From IMG/VR virus record IMGVR_UViG_3300027659_000164, positions 1 through 28,225 of that record: a DNA stretch of 28,225 nucleotides; one strand, 5' to 3'. The stretch's first letter is position 1; each line of letters begins with the position of its first letter. Source of the DNA: a virus (taxonomy: Duplodnaviria > Caudoviricetes). Position numbers and translations under genes: made by a program. Below, piece after piece: positions 1 through 6,450 of this stretch. A model generated the notes under the pieces. It was not told the origin of the DNA, ran no database searches, and was given only the letters and a program-made list of their open reading frames with translations.

Positions 1-27
1 CGGTGTACCGGTTCTCGGTATACCGGT
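1..27. repeat. 15-bp repeat array (ggtRtaccggttctc) with palindromic core; putative iterons, left part
   Basis: cggtgtaccggttctc-ggtataccggt at 1-27; the same unit ends the window (28209-28225); related ggtaccggt at 63-71; encodes PVYRE/PVHRE peptide repeats. Confidence 0.75.
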
Positions 28-326
28 AATTCATAAACTATCCAATATACATCAGTAAAGTTGGTACCGGTTTTTTTAATTAAATGACCTTTCAATTTTA
101 AGGATGCCCAAGCTTTCTTAATTCTATTCCTACCTATTATACCATCATACTGACGTATTATCCAATCTTGCTTCAAATTCCATTGCGGAGGTAAAGATAG
201 TAAATAAAGTAAAATAATCTGTTCATCAACACTATAATTTTTTTTTGGATGTAATGTTTCTTTTTTTATTGGAATTGTCCCTTTAATTCCAATAGTGTCA
301 CTTGCTCGATTTATTCTTTTATTCAT
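1..326 (-). CDS. Replication initiator / replisome organiser, N-terminal HTH part (runs off the window start; missing from the ORF track)
   Basis: Hand translation from ATG at 326 (overlapping the HNH stop) is open to base 1: MNKRINRASDTIGIKG...IILLYLLSLPPQWNLKQDWIIRQYDGIIGRNRIKKAWASLKLKGHLIKK...YWIVYELPVYREPVH. The YLLSxPxxW...GRxxxxxAxxxLxxxG...WIVYExP pattern resembles phage HTH replication initiators. Confidence 0.75.
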   Translation of the reverse strand, partial: MNKRINRASDTIGIKGTIPIKKETLHPKKNYSVDEQIILLYLLSLPPQWNLKQDWIIRQYDGIIGRNRIKKAWASLKLKGHLIKKTGTNFTDVYWIVYELPVYREPVH

Positions 327-813
327 TATCTTTGATTTTATTCCAACTTTTATTATGTAAAATATTGCTAACAGTTTGTTGATTAATACCAAACATTTGT
401 CCCATTGCTTTTTGAGTTATACCCATTTGATAAAAGTTTTCGCGGATAAAGATAACCTGTTCTTCCCTTATTTTTGCATTACCGTGCATTTCACCACTTG
501 CATTATGATTTTGATGTTTTGTATAATGCAGTGAATAGTATCGAGGGACCCATTTTAAGTTATCAACATGATTATTTAATTTATTAAAATCAATATGAAT
601 AACTTCATTATGATTTTCTGGATTTGGAATATATGTTTCCGCAACCAGTCGATGAATTTTAAATCGTATTTTCTTTCTATTTTTGGTATCAAATAAATCG
701 AGCACCCTTAGTCCTTGCCACATTCTTGGTTCAACCCAAACATACTCGTTATCAGTCTTTTGGTAGACTTCACCGTGTTGTGTAACATAATAGTTTTCAA
801 AAAAATTTTTCAT
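319..813 (-). CDS. HNH endonuclease-like protein with C-terminal HTH (possibly catalytically degenerate)
   Basis: YYVTQHGEV N-terminus, IHRLVAETYIPNP, HIDFNKLNNHVDNLKW, then GEMHGNAKI...TQKAMGQMFGINQQTVSNI..KSW HTH tail. Confidence 0.85.
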   Translation of the reverse strand: MKNFFENYYVTQHGEVYQKTDNEYVWVEPRMWQGLRVLDLFDTKNRKKIRFKIHRLVAETYIPNPENHNEVIHIDFNKLNNHVDNLKWVPRYYSLHYTKHQNHNASGEMHGNAKIREEQVIFIRENFYQMGITQKAMGQMFGINQQTVSNILHNKSWNKIKDNE

Positions 814-830
814 AGTTTGTTTTTTTTATT

Positions 831-837
831 ATAAATA
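831..837 (-). promoter_or_regulatory. TATTTAT motif upstream of the HNH-rep-HTH operon
   Basis: ataaata on + at 831-837, 17 nt upstream of the ATG at 813; the motif recurs before many genes. Confidence 0.5.
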
Positions 838-869
838 TACAAAAAAAAATCAAAAGTTCAAAATAAATC

Positions 870-909
870 AAAAAAAAAGTCCAGCGACTACACCAAAATC
901 GCTGGACTT
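870..909 (-). terminator. Rho-independent terminator (minus strand)
   Basis: Perfect 11-bp stem aagtccagcga/tcgctggactt (877-887, 899-909) with an A-run at 870-878 giving a U-tract on -. Confidence 0.8.
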
Positions 910-932
910 ACAAAAACAAAAACTGGACCTAT
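870..932 (-). ncRNA. Candidate small RNA / attenuator leader B
   Basis: Promoter-like GATTTAT/TATTTTAT at 936-954 on -, a short U-rich stretch, then a terminator; no ORF. Confidence 0.3.
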
Positions 933-956
933 ATTATAAATCCAAATAAAATATAC

Positions 957-988
957 AAAAAAAACCCGAGATTTCAAAATCCCGGGTT
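957..988 (-). terminator. Rho-independent terminator (minus strand)
   Basis: On -: AACCCGGGATT-TTGA-AATCTCGGGTT followed by a U-run; the single + strand mismatch becomes a G-U pair on -. Confidence 0.8.
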
Positions 989-1032
989 AATAAAAATAAA
1001 ATAAAAAATGGAAGTCGACAAAGACTCCTTAT
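957..1032 (-). ncRNA. Candidate ~75-nt small RNA A
   Basis: TATTTAT motif at 1038-1044 (-), 5' hairpin GGAGUC/GACUUC, U-rich linker, terminator; no ORF on -. Confidence 0.4.
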
Positions 1033-1081
1033 AATATATAAATATCTCAACTTTTGATAAAATTATTTATATTTAAAAATA

Positions 1082-1447
1082 ATGGGTGATGAAAGATTAA
1101 AAAAAAATATTGGGTTGAGATATCTAAATGAAGAAGGGATTATGATGTATTTCTGTAAAATGTGTGGAACGTGGAAACCAGAGACAAGTTTCTATCGCAA
1201 AAAAAATGGGGTGTATGGTAAAAATGAAGTATGCCGTTCACATTATCTCAAAAACAATAGATTAACCAAAGAAGAACGTCAAGCACAAGAAGACAACAAA
1301 CATTTGCATTATTCAAAATTAACTGATGAAGATTTTGAGAATACCCAAGAATTTTTGCGATTAATGGGTTACGATACTGATGGTGAAAAAAGTGTGCATA
1401 TACAATTCATGGAAAAATGGATATATAAAAAAATCGATAAGGTTTAG
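1082..1447 (+). CDS. Hypothetical protein with putative zinc finger
   Basis: CKMC...KPETSFY.K...VCRSH (CxxC...CxxH); TATTTAT at 1064-1070. Confidence 0.75.
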   Translation: MGDERLKKNIGLRYLNEEGIMMYFCKMCGTWKPETSFYRKKNGVYGKNEVCRSHYLKNNRLTKEERQAQEDNKHLHYSKLTDEDFENTQEFLRLMGYDTDGEKSVHIQFMEKWIYKKIDKV

Positions 1448-1504
1448 ACTTTTGCTAATTATTTATATATTTATAATATAGATTAAATCTATAAAAACAG
1501 ATAT

Positions 1505-1702
1505 ATGGGATGTAATTGCAAAAAATATGTTATTAACAACGAGAAGGATATCTACTTAAAAAAAGAAATAAGAGATTATTTGGTTGATACACCTGAATTC
1601 GACGCGAATAAAATATTTGATTTTTATCATCGCATGTATCCAAATTCAAAACCAACAACTTATGAAAATGCGTTGGAGGTTTTGAAAAAATTAACACTTT
1701 AA
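1505..1702 (+). CDS. Small hypothetical protein with MGCNCKK N-terminus
   Basis: 65-aa ORF, A-rich leader, double TATTTAT at 1460-1474, tight packing with the next gene. Confidence 0.75.
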   Translation: MGCNCKKYVINNEKDIYLKKEIRDYLVDTPEFDANKIFDFYHRMYPNSKPTTYENALEVLKKLTL

Positions 1703-1708
1703 AACAAT

Positions 1709-2206
1709 ATGACCAATTTAAAACAGTATGAAAAAACCGACTATTATGTAACAGAAGAAGGAGATGTATATTCCAATAAATCAGGGGAATTAAAAAAAAT
1801 GGCCACCACAATAAACAACAAAGGATATGTTTGTACATCAATCCATATCGATGGTAAAAAAATCACGAAAAAAGTACATAGGATGATACTAGAAACCTTT
1901 AAACCCACCGATGATAAAACTCTTCAATGTAATCATATCAATGGAATTAAAACGGATAATAACATTGAAAATTTGGAATGGGTAACTTGTAGTGAAAATA
2001 TGAAACATGCATTTGCAAATAATCTAAAAGACCCTTTAAAGGGCGAAAAAAATGGGATGTCAAAACTTACTGAATTTGAAGTTCAAAATTTACGTTCAAT
2101 GTATAAAACTGGTGGTTACAAACAAAAAGATTTAGCAAATATATTTCTACTAAGTGTTAGTCAAGTTAGCAGAATACTTAATAATAAAAAGTGGAAACAT
2201 ATATAA
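1709..2206 (+). CDS. HNH endonuclease with C-terminal HTH
   Basis: YYVTEEGDVYS, KVHRMILETF, intact CNHINGIKTDNNIENLEWVTCSENMKHA, GEKNGMSKL...HTH. Confidence 0.92.
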   Translation: MTNLKQYEKTDYYVTEEGDVYSNKSGELKKMATTINNKGYVCTSIHIDGKKITKKVHRMILETFKPTDDKTLQCNHINGIKTDNNIENLEWVTCSENMKHAFANNLKDPLKGEKNGMSKLTEFEVQNLRSMYKTGGYKQKDLANIFLLSVSQVSRILNNKKWKHI

Positions 2207-2210
2207 TATC

Positions 2211-2600
2211 ATGAAAAAAGTAGAAACCACATTTCCTGAAAATTGGAAAGAATTAATTTTAGAATCGGGTAAAGAAGGAAAACATATTACTGATTTTTTA
2301 ATTAAACTTAATATATCTTGGGAAGCACACGACAAATTATTGGACCGAAATAAAGAGTACCATGAGACCGTAAGTAGTTATCAGAAACTTTGTGAACAAT
2401 GGTGGTTTAACAATGCACACAATCACATGATTGAAAATGGTGGACGTAACTATAACGCAAGATTATGGTCGCTAATTATGAGGAATAAGTTCGGAAAAAA
2501 TTGGTCCGATAAACAACAAGTAGATGTTACCAGTCAGGGTGAAAAAATTCAAGAAAATAAATTACAAATAGAAATAATCAAACCAAAAGATATATTATGA
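2211..2600 (+). CDS. terS: Putative terminase small subunit
   Basis: ATG at 2211 just after the HNH stop (the ORF-track start at 2154 overlaps the HNH gene); upstream of terL; C-terminal MRNKFGKNWSDKQQVDVTSQGEKI is typical of small terminases. Confidence 0.7.
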   Translation: MKKVETTFPENWKELILESGKEGKHITDFLIKLNISWEAHDKLLDRNKEYHETVSSYQKLCEQWWFNNAHNHMIENGGRNYNARLWSLIMRNKFGKNWSDKQQVDVTSQGEKIQENKLQIEIIKPKDIL

Positions 2601-2767
2601 AATTTAAACGCGACGGCAAAGAATACAATTACAACTATCGTGCATTATGGGTAAGTCCCGAGGTACATCATCAGATTCGTTATCTGGCACTTAAAAATGA
2701 AACAACGGTTGATGGAGCGATAGCTATTCTTTTAAAAGAAAAAAAGAGTGAAGCTTCAGGTAAGTGA
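2597..2767 (+). CDS. 56-aa protein, possible ribbon-helix-helix DNA binder (not in the ORF track)
   Basis: ATGA overlap with the terS stop; MKFKRDGKEYNYNYRALWVSPEVHHQIRYLALKNETTVDGAIAILLKEKKSEASGK; strand-helix-helix pattern; fills the terS-terL gap. Confidence 0.65.
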   Translation: MKFKRDGKEYNYNYRALWVSPEVHHQIRYLALKNETTVDGAIAILLKEKKSEASGK

Positions 2768-3902
2768 ACTATATGAAAAAATAGAAAACGCAAAGACTGA
2801 TAACAAAAGATATATCTTTTTGCGTGGTTCAACTCGTAGTGGTAAAACTTATGCTGCAACACAAAATGTGGTGGTTGAATGTTTATTAAATAAAATAACA
2901 TTAACCATTGCCAGAGCAACCCAAGTCAGTCTTAAAGCAACAATCATTCAAGATTTCAAATCAATCTTGGAATCATTAGATATATTCAAAGATGAAAATT
3001 TCAATAAGTCAGAACTTATATATAAATTTGATAATGGTTCAATTGTAAGATTTATTGGTCTCGATGATTCCACTGGTAAACTACGTGGACTAAAATCTGA
3101 CATTGTTCTTGTGGATGAAATAAACACGTGCAATAAAAACGAATTTGTTCAACTCGATATAAGAACATCCAAATATATTATCTGTTGTTACAACCCCGAA
3201 ATTCCAATGGATTGGTGGGGTTTGGATTATGAAGGAAAAGAGAATGGAATAATGATACATTCAACATTTAATCAAAATCCATTTTTGGATGATGCAACAA
3301 TTCAAGCAATCAAAGATTTAAAAAATGTTGATGAGGACTTATATCAAATATATAATTTAGGTCTCATAGTCGAACCAAAAGAAAAGATATTCACCCAACC
3401 AAAAACATATACATCATTACCTCCAACAATTAAATCGAAATATTATGGTATTGACTTTGGTTTTTCCAATGATGAATGTGCAATGGTCGAAGTAAATGTG
3501 GATGGAAAAAATATATATATAAAACAAATTATATATGATTTGGGATTAACAAACGAAGACCTTGCATTTAAAATAAAAGAGATTGGTATTGACAGAAACG
3601 CAAACATTGTCTGTGATTCAGCAGAACCAAAATCAATCAGTGAATTAAAAAAACATGGATTAAATGTTAGACCGGTTAGCAAGACCAGTATCTTATATGC
3701 AATCCAAAAATTAAAACAATTCTCAATTTATGTACATGAAGATTCAGTTGATTTGATAAATGAATTCTCAAACTATAAATTTAAGAAGGACCGTATTGGT
3801 AACATAACAAATACAACAACAGGAAAAGACCACTTAATTGATGCCACAAAATATGTGGTGGTTCAATTCCTGGACAATAAATCAAAACTATTAATCATAT
3901 GA
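2748..3902 (+). CDS. terL: Terminase large subunit (PBSX-like)
   Basis: Walker A GSTRSGKT, Walker B IVLVDE, YNP coupling motif, nuclease GIDFGFSND, CDSAEP and DHLIDA. Confidence 0.95.
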   Translation: MKLQVSELYEKIENAKTDNKRYIFLRGSTRSGKTYAATQNVVVECLLNKITLTIARATQVSLKATIIQDFKSILESLDIFKDENFNKSELIYKFDNGSIVRFIGLDDSTGKLRGLKSDIVLVDEINTCNKNEFVQLDIRTSKYIICCYNPEIPMDWWGLDYEGKENGIMIHSTFNQNPFLDDATIQAIKDLKNVDEDLYQIYNLGLIVEPKEKIFTQPKTYTSLPPTIKSKYYGIDFGFSNDECAMVEVNVDGKNIYIKQIIYDLGLTNEDLAFKIKEIGIDRNANIVCDSAEPKSISELKKHGLNVRPVSKTSILYAIQKLKQFSIYVHEDSVDLINEFSNYKFKKDRIGNITNTTTGKDHLIDATKYVVVQFLDNKSKLLII

Positions 3903-4552
3903 TAATATACAATAACGACCAAAAAATAGAATTACCTCAAACACTTAGTATTAGACATTATCAAACTTTAACCAAGATTGGTAACCCAAACACATTTCAA
4001 ATTATTTCTGTTTTGACTGGTATTCCTGAAAATGAATTAAAAGAATTGGAATCCGATAATTTTAATTTCCTTGAAAAGAAACTAGTACCCATGTTACATG
4101 TTGAAAAACCAAGTAAAATTATTTTTCAATTTAAACACAATGATAAGGAATATGGATTGGTCCAAGACTTTTATAAATTAACCATGGCAGAATGGGTTGA
4201 CCTTGAGGTATATTCAAATGGTGAAAATGTATTGGATAACATTCATAAGATTATGGCCATATTATATCGACCTGTTGTTAAGAAATTAAAAAATAACAAA
4301 TATCAAATTGAAAATTATAATTCAAATGATATTGAACAACGAGCAGAAGAATTCTTGGATTTACCATTAGAATTTTATTTAAGTGTATCAGGTTTTTTTT
4401 TGCAAAGCGTAACAATATTCACAAAAGTTTTAGCGGATTCTTTGAAACAGAAGAGTCAAATACAGATGGTCAAGACGAGAATAAAGAACAAGTTCAAGAA
4501 GATGTTCCAAAAGATAAAAACCAAACTGCGAGGTTTTATTGGAAATGCTTGA
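3899..4552 (+). CDS. Putative tail assembly chaperone (short, gpG-like product)
   Basis: ATGA overlap with terL; LTMAEWVDLE...IHKIMAILYRP motif; contains the slippery GGTTTTTTTTT at 4391-4401. Confidence 0.7.
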   Translation: MIIYNNDQKIELPQTLSIRHYQTLTKIGNPNTFQIISVLTGIPENELKELESDNFNFLEKKLVPMLHVEKPSKIIFQFKHNDKEYGLVQDFYKLTMAEWVDLEVYSNGENVLDNIHKIMAILYRPVVKKLKNNKYQIENYNSNDIEQRAEEFLDLPLEFYLSVSGFFLQSVTIFTKVLADSLKQKSQIQMVKTRIKNKFKKMFQKIKTKLRGFIGNA

Positions 4553-4704
4553 TGATTCTCTGTAATGATGACATAACAAAAATGGAACAAATCAATAATA
4601 TGAATGTAATTCTATGTTTGAATTTTTTATCTTATAAAAAGGACGAGGCAATTGAAATGAAGAATGAAATGAAAAAAATGCAGGGTAAAAATAACGTTCG
4701 TTAA
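4393..4704 (+). CDS. -1 frameshift extension of the tail assembly chaperone (gpGT-like)
   Basis: The -1 frame is open ~100 codons from the T9 run to TAA at 4702-4704: FAKRNNIHKSFSGFFETEESNTDGQDENKEQVQEDVPKDKNQTARFYWKCLMILCNDDITKMEQINNMNVILCLNFLSYKKDEAIEMKNEMKKMQGKNNVR; fills the gap before 4722. Confidence 0.75.
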   Translation, partial: FFFAKRNNIHKSFSGFFETEESNTDGQDENKEQVQEDVPKDKNQTARFYWKCLMILCNDDITKMEQINNMNVILCLNFLSYKKDEAIEMKNEMKKMQGKNNVR

Positions 4705-4721
4705 AAAGTATTTATTAAAGA

Positions 4722-6434
4722 ATGGAACATTATTTAACTTATAAAAAACTAATTGAGTTAATATCGCAAAATCTTCCAATTAAAATTAAAAGTTTTAATA
4801 CTGGTGATTTAAGTTATTTGGGTAAAGAAAACAATCCAACACTTTATCCTTTGATGCATGTTGTTCCAAATCAAATAACATATAATGAAAATACAACTCA
4901 GTTTACACTAAACATTTTATTTTGCGATATAGTAAACACTGACATGAGTAATGAGGTTAATGTCATATCAGATATGAATCTTGCATGTAGGGATTTTCTA
5001 TCACAGATTAAGCTGGGCGTATTCTATGATTATTTTGATACAGACCTACCAAACACATCAACGACGTTTCTGGAACGATTTAATGACCATTTGGGAGGTG
5101 TCGAATTAAATATTCCTGTAACAATCTTTGAGGACATGAATGCGTGTGACCAATACGAACCAATCCCGTCTCCAAGTCCATCTCCAAGTGTAACACCCAC
5201 ACCTTCATTAACTCCATCAATAACTCCGAGTGTAACTCCATCAGAAACTCCGAGTGTAACTCCATCTTTAACACCAACTCCAACACCAACACCATCATCT
5301 ATACCAGTGACTTTTACAGGAATGACAATAGTTGGTAATAGTTATACAACATTTAATGGAAATACTAGAAATAGAATTGTTAGATTAAATAGTGATGGAA
5401 CAGAAGATACTGCATTTTATACAAATTTAGGTACAGCATTTACCACTGGTGGTGTTAATACAACAATAACTCAACCTGATGGAAAAATAATATTAGCCGG
5501 TACTTTTGGTGTTTTTAATGGATTAACAAGAATATATTTAATTCGTTTAAACAATGACGGAACAGAAGATACTGCATTCTATACAAATTTAGGTACATCA
5601 TTTAATCTTATTTTAAATTGGGCATCACTTCAATCCGATGGAAAAATAGTAGTTATTGGCGGATTCACAACATTTAATGGAAATACTAGAAACAGAATTG
5701 TTAGACTAAATAGTGATGGAACTGAAGATACTGCATTTTATACAAATGTTGGAACAGGATTTGGTGCTCAACTATTTCATTCGGCTATTCAATCTGATGG
5801 AAAAATATTGGTAGTTGGTTCATATTCAACATTTAATGGAAATACTAGACTTAGAATTGTTAGATTAAATTCTGATGGAACAGAAGATACTGCATTTTAT
5901 ACAAATTTAGGAACAGGATTTAGTGGTCAGATTAATTATGTTGCTCCTCAATCCGATGGTAAAATAGTAATTGTTGGTGGATTCACAACATTTAATGGAA
6001 ATACTAGAAACAGAATCGCTAGATTAAATAATGACGGAACCGAAGATACTGCATTCTATGCAAACTTAGGAACAGCATTTACTATTGGTCCAAACGATAT
6101 CTTAATTCAATCTGATGGAAAAATACTAATTGCTGGTAATTTTACAACATTTAATGGATTAACAAGAAATAGATTAATTAGATTAAATAATGATGGAACA
6201 GAAGACACTGCATTCTATACAAATTTAGGGTCAGCATTTGGTGGTACTGTAACTTCTCTTATGGAACAACCTGATGGTAAAATATTGGTAGCTGGTGCAT
6301 ATTCAACATTTAATGGATTAACAAGAAATAGATTAGTTAGATTAAATAATGACGGAACCGAAGATACTGCATTCTATACAAATCTTGGAACAGGATTTAA
6401 TGTAGGTTCATTAACTTCAATGTCATTAAATTAA
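4722..6434 (+). CDS. Virion protein: tail-terminator/completion-like N-domain + PST linker + one 7-repeat delta-60 (DUF5122-like) propeller
   Basis: N-terminal ~145 aa (LYPLMHV...ERFNDHLGG), PSPSVTPTP linker, 7x [13 protein letters not shown]...QxDGKI repeats. The N-domain role is inferred from its position between the chaperone and neck genes. Confidence 0.75.
   Translation: MEHYLTYKKLIELISQNLPIKIKSFNTGDLSYLGKENNPTLYPLMHVVPNQITYNENTTQFTLNILFCDIVNTDMSNEVNVISDMNLACRDFLSQIKLGVFYDYFDTDLPNTSTTFLERFNDHLGGVELNIPVTIFEDMNACDQYEPIPSPSPSPSVTPTPSLTPSITPSVTPSETPSVTPSLTPTPTPTPSSIPVTFTGMTIVGNSYTTFNGNTRNRIVRLNSDGTEDTAFYTNLGTAFTTGGVNTTITQPDGKIILAGTFGVFNGLTRIYLIRLNNDGTEDTAFYTNLGTSFNLILNWASLQSDGKIVVIGGFTTFNGNTRNRIVRLNSDGTEDTAFYTNVGTGFGAQLFHSAIQSDGKILVVGSYSTFNGNTRLRIVRLNSDGTEDTAFYTNLGTGFSGQINYVAPQSDGKIVIVGGFTTFNGNTRNRIARLNNDGTEDTAFYANLGTAFTIGPNDILIQSDGKILIAGNFTTFNGLTRNRLIRLNNDGTEDTAFYTNLGSAFGGTVTSLMEQPDGKILVAGAYSTFNGLTRNRLVRLNNDGTEDTAFYTNLGTGFNVGSLTSMSLN
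5325..6430 (+). repeat. Seven ~159-bp coding repeats (delta-60 blades)
   Basis: gaYggaacNgaagaYactgc cores recur near 5394, 5556, 5715, 5874, 6033, 6192 and 6351. Confidence 0.9.
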
Positions 6435-6450
6435 GATTCATATATATAAT

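Noticed and set aside
1007-1033. Plus-strand mini-ORF MEVDKDSL behind an A-rich leader
   Set aside because: Only 8 codons, and the flanking terminators and motif are oriented to the minus strand; treated as the antisense of candidate RNA A, though a peptide is not excluded.
2154-2210. ORF-track start for terS at 2154 (likewise 25402 for portal and 28205 for rep)
   Set aside because: Non-ATG starts inside neighbouring genes or mid-protein; ATGs at 2211 and 25468 and the cross-junction rep frame fit better.
1709-3902. Intron or intein associated with the HNH gene or terL
   Set aside because: terL is compact and uninterrupted; the HNH gene is free-standing with 4-6 nt spacers, leaving no room for a ribozyme core.
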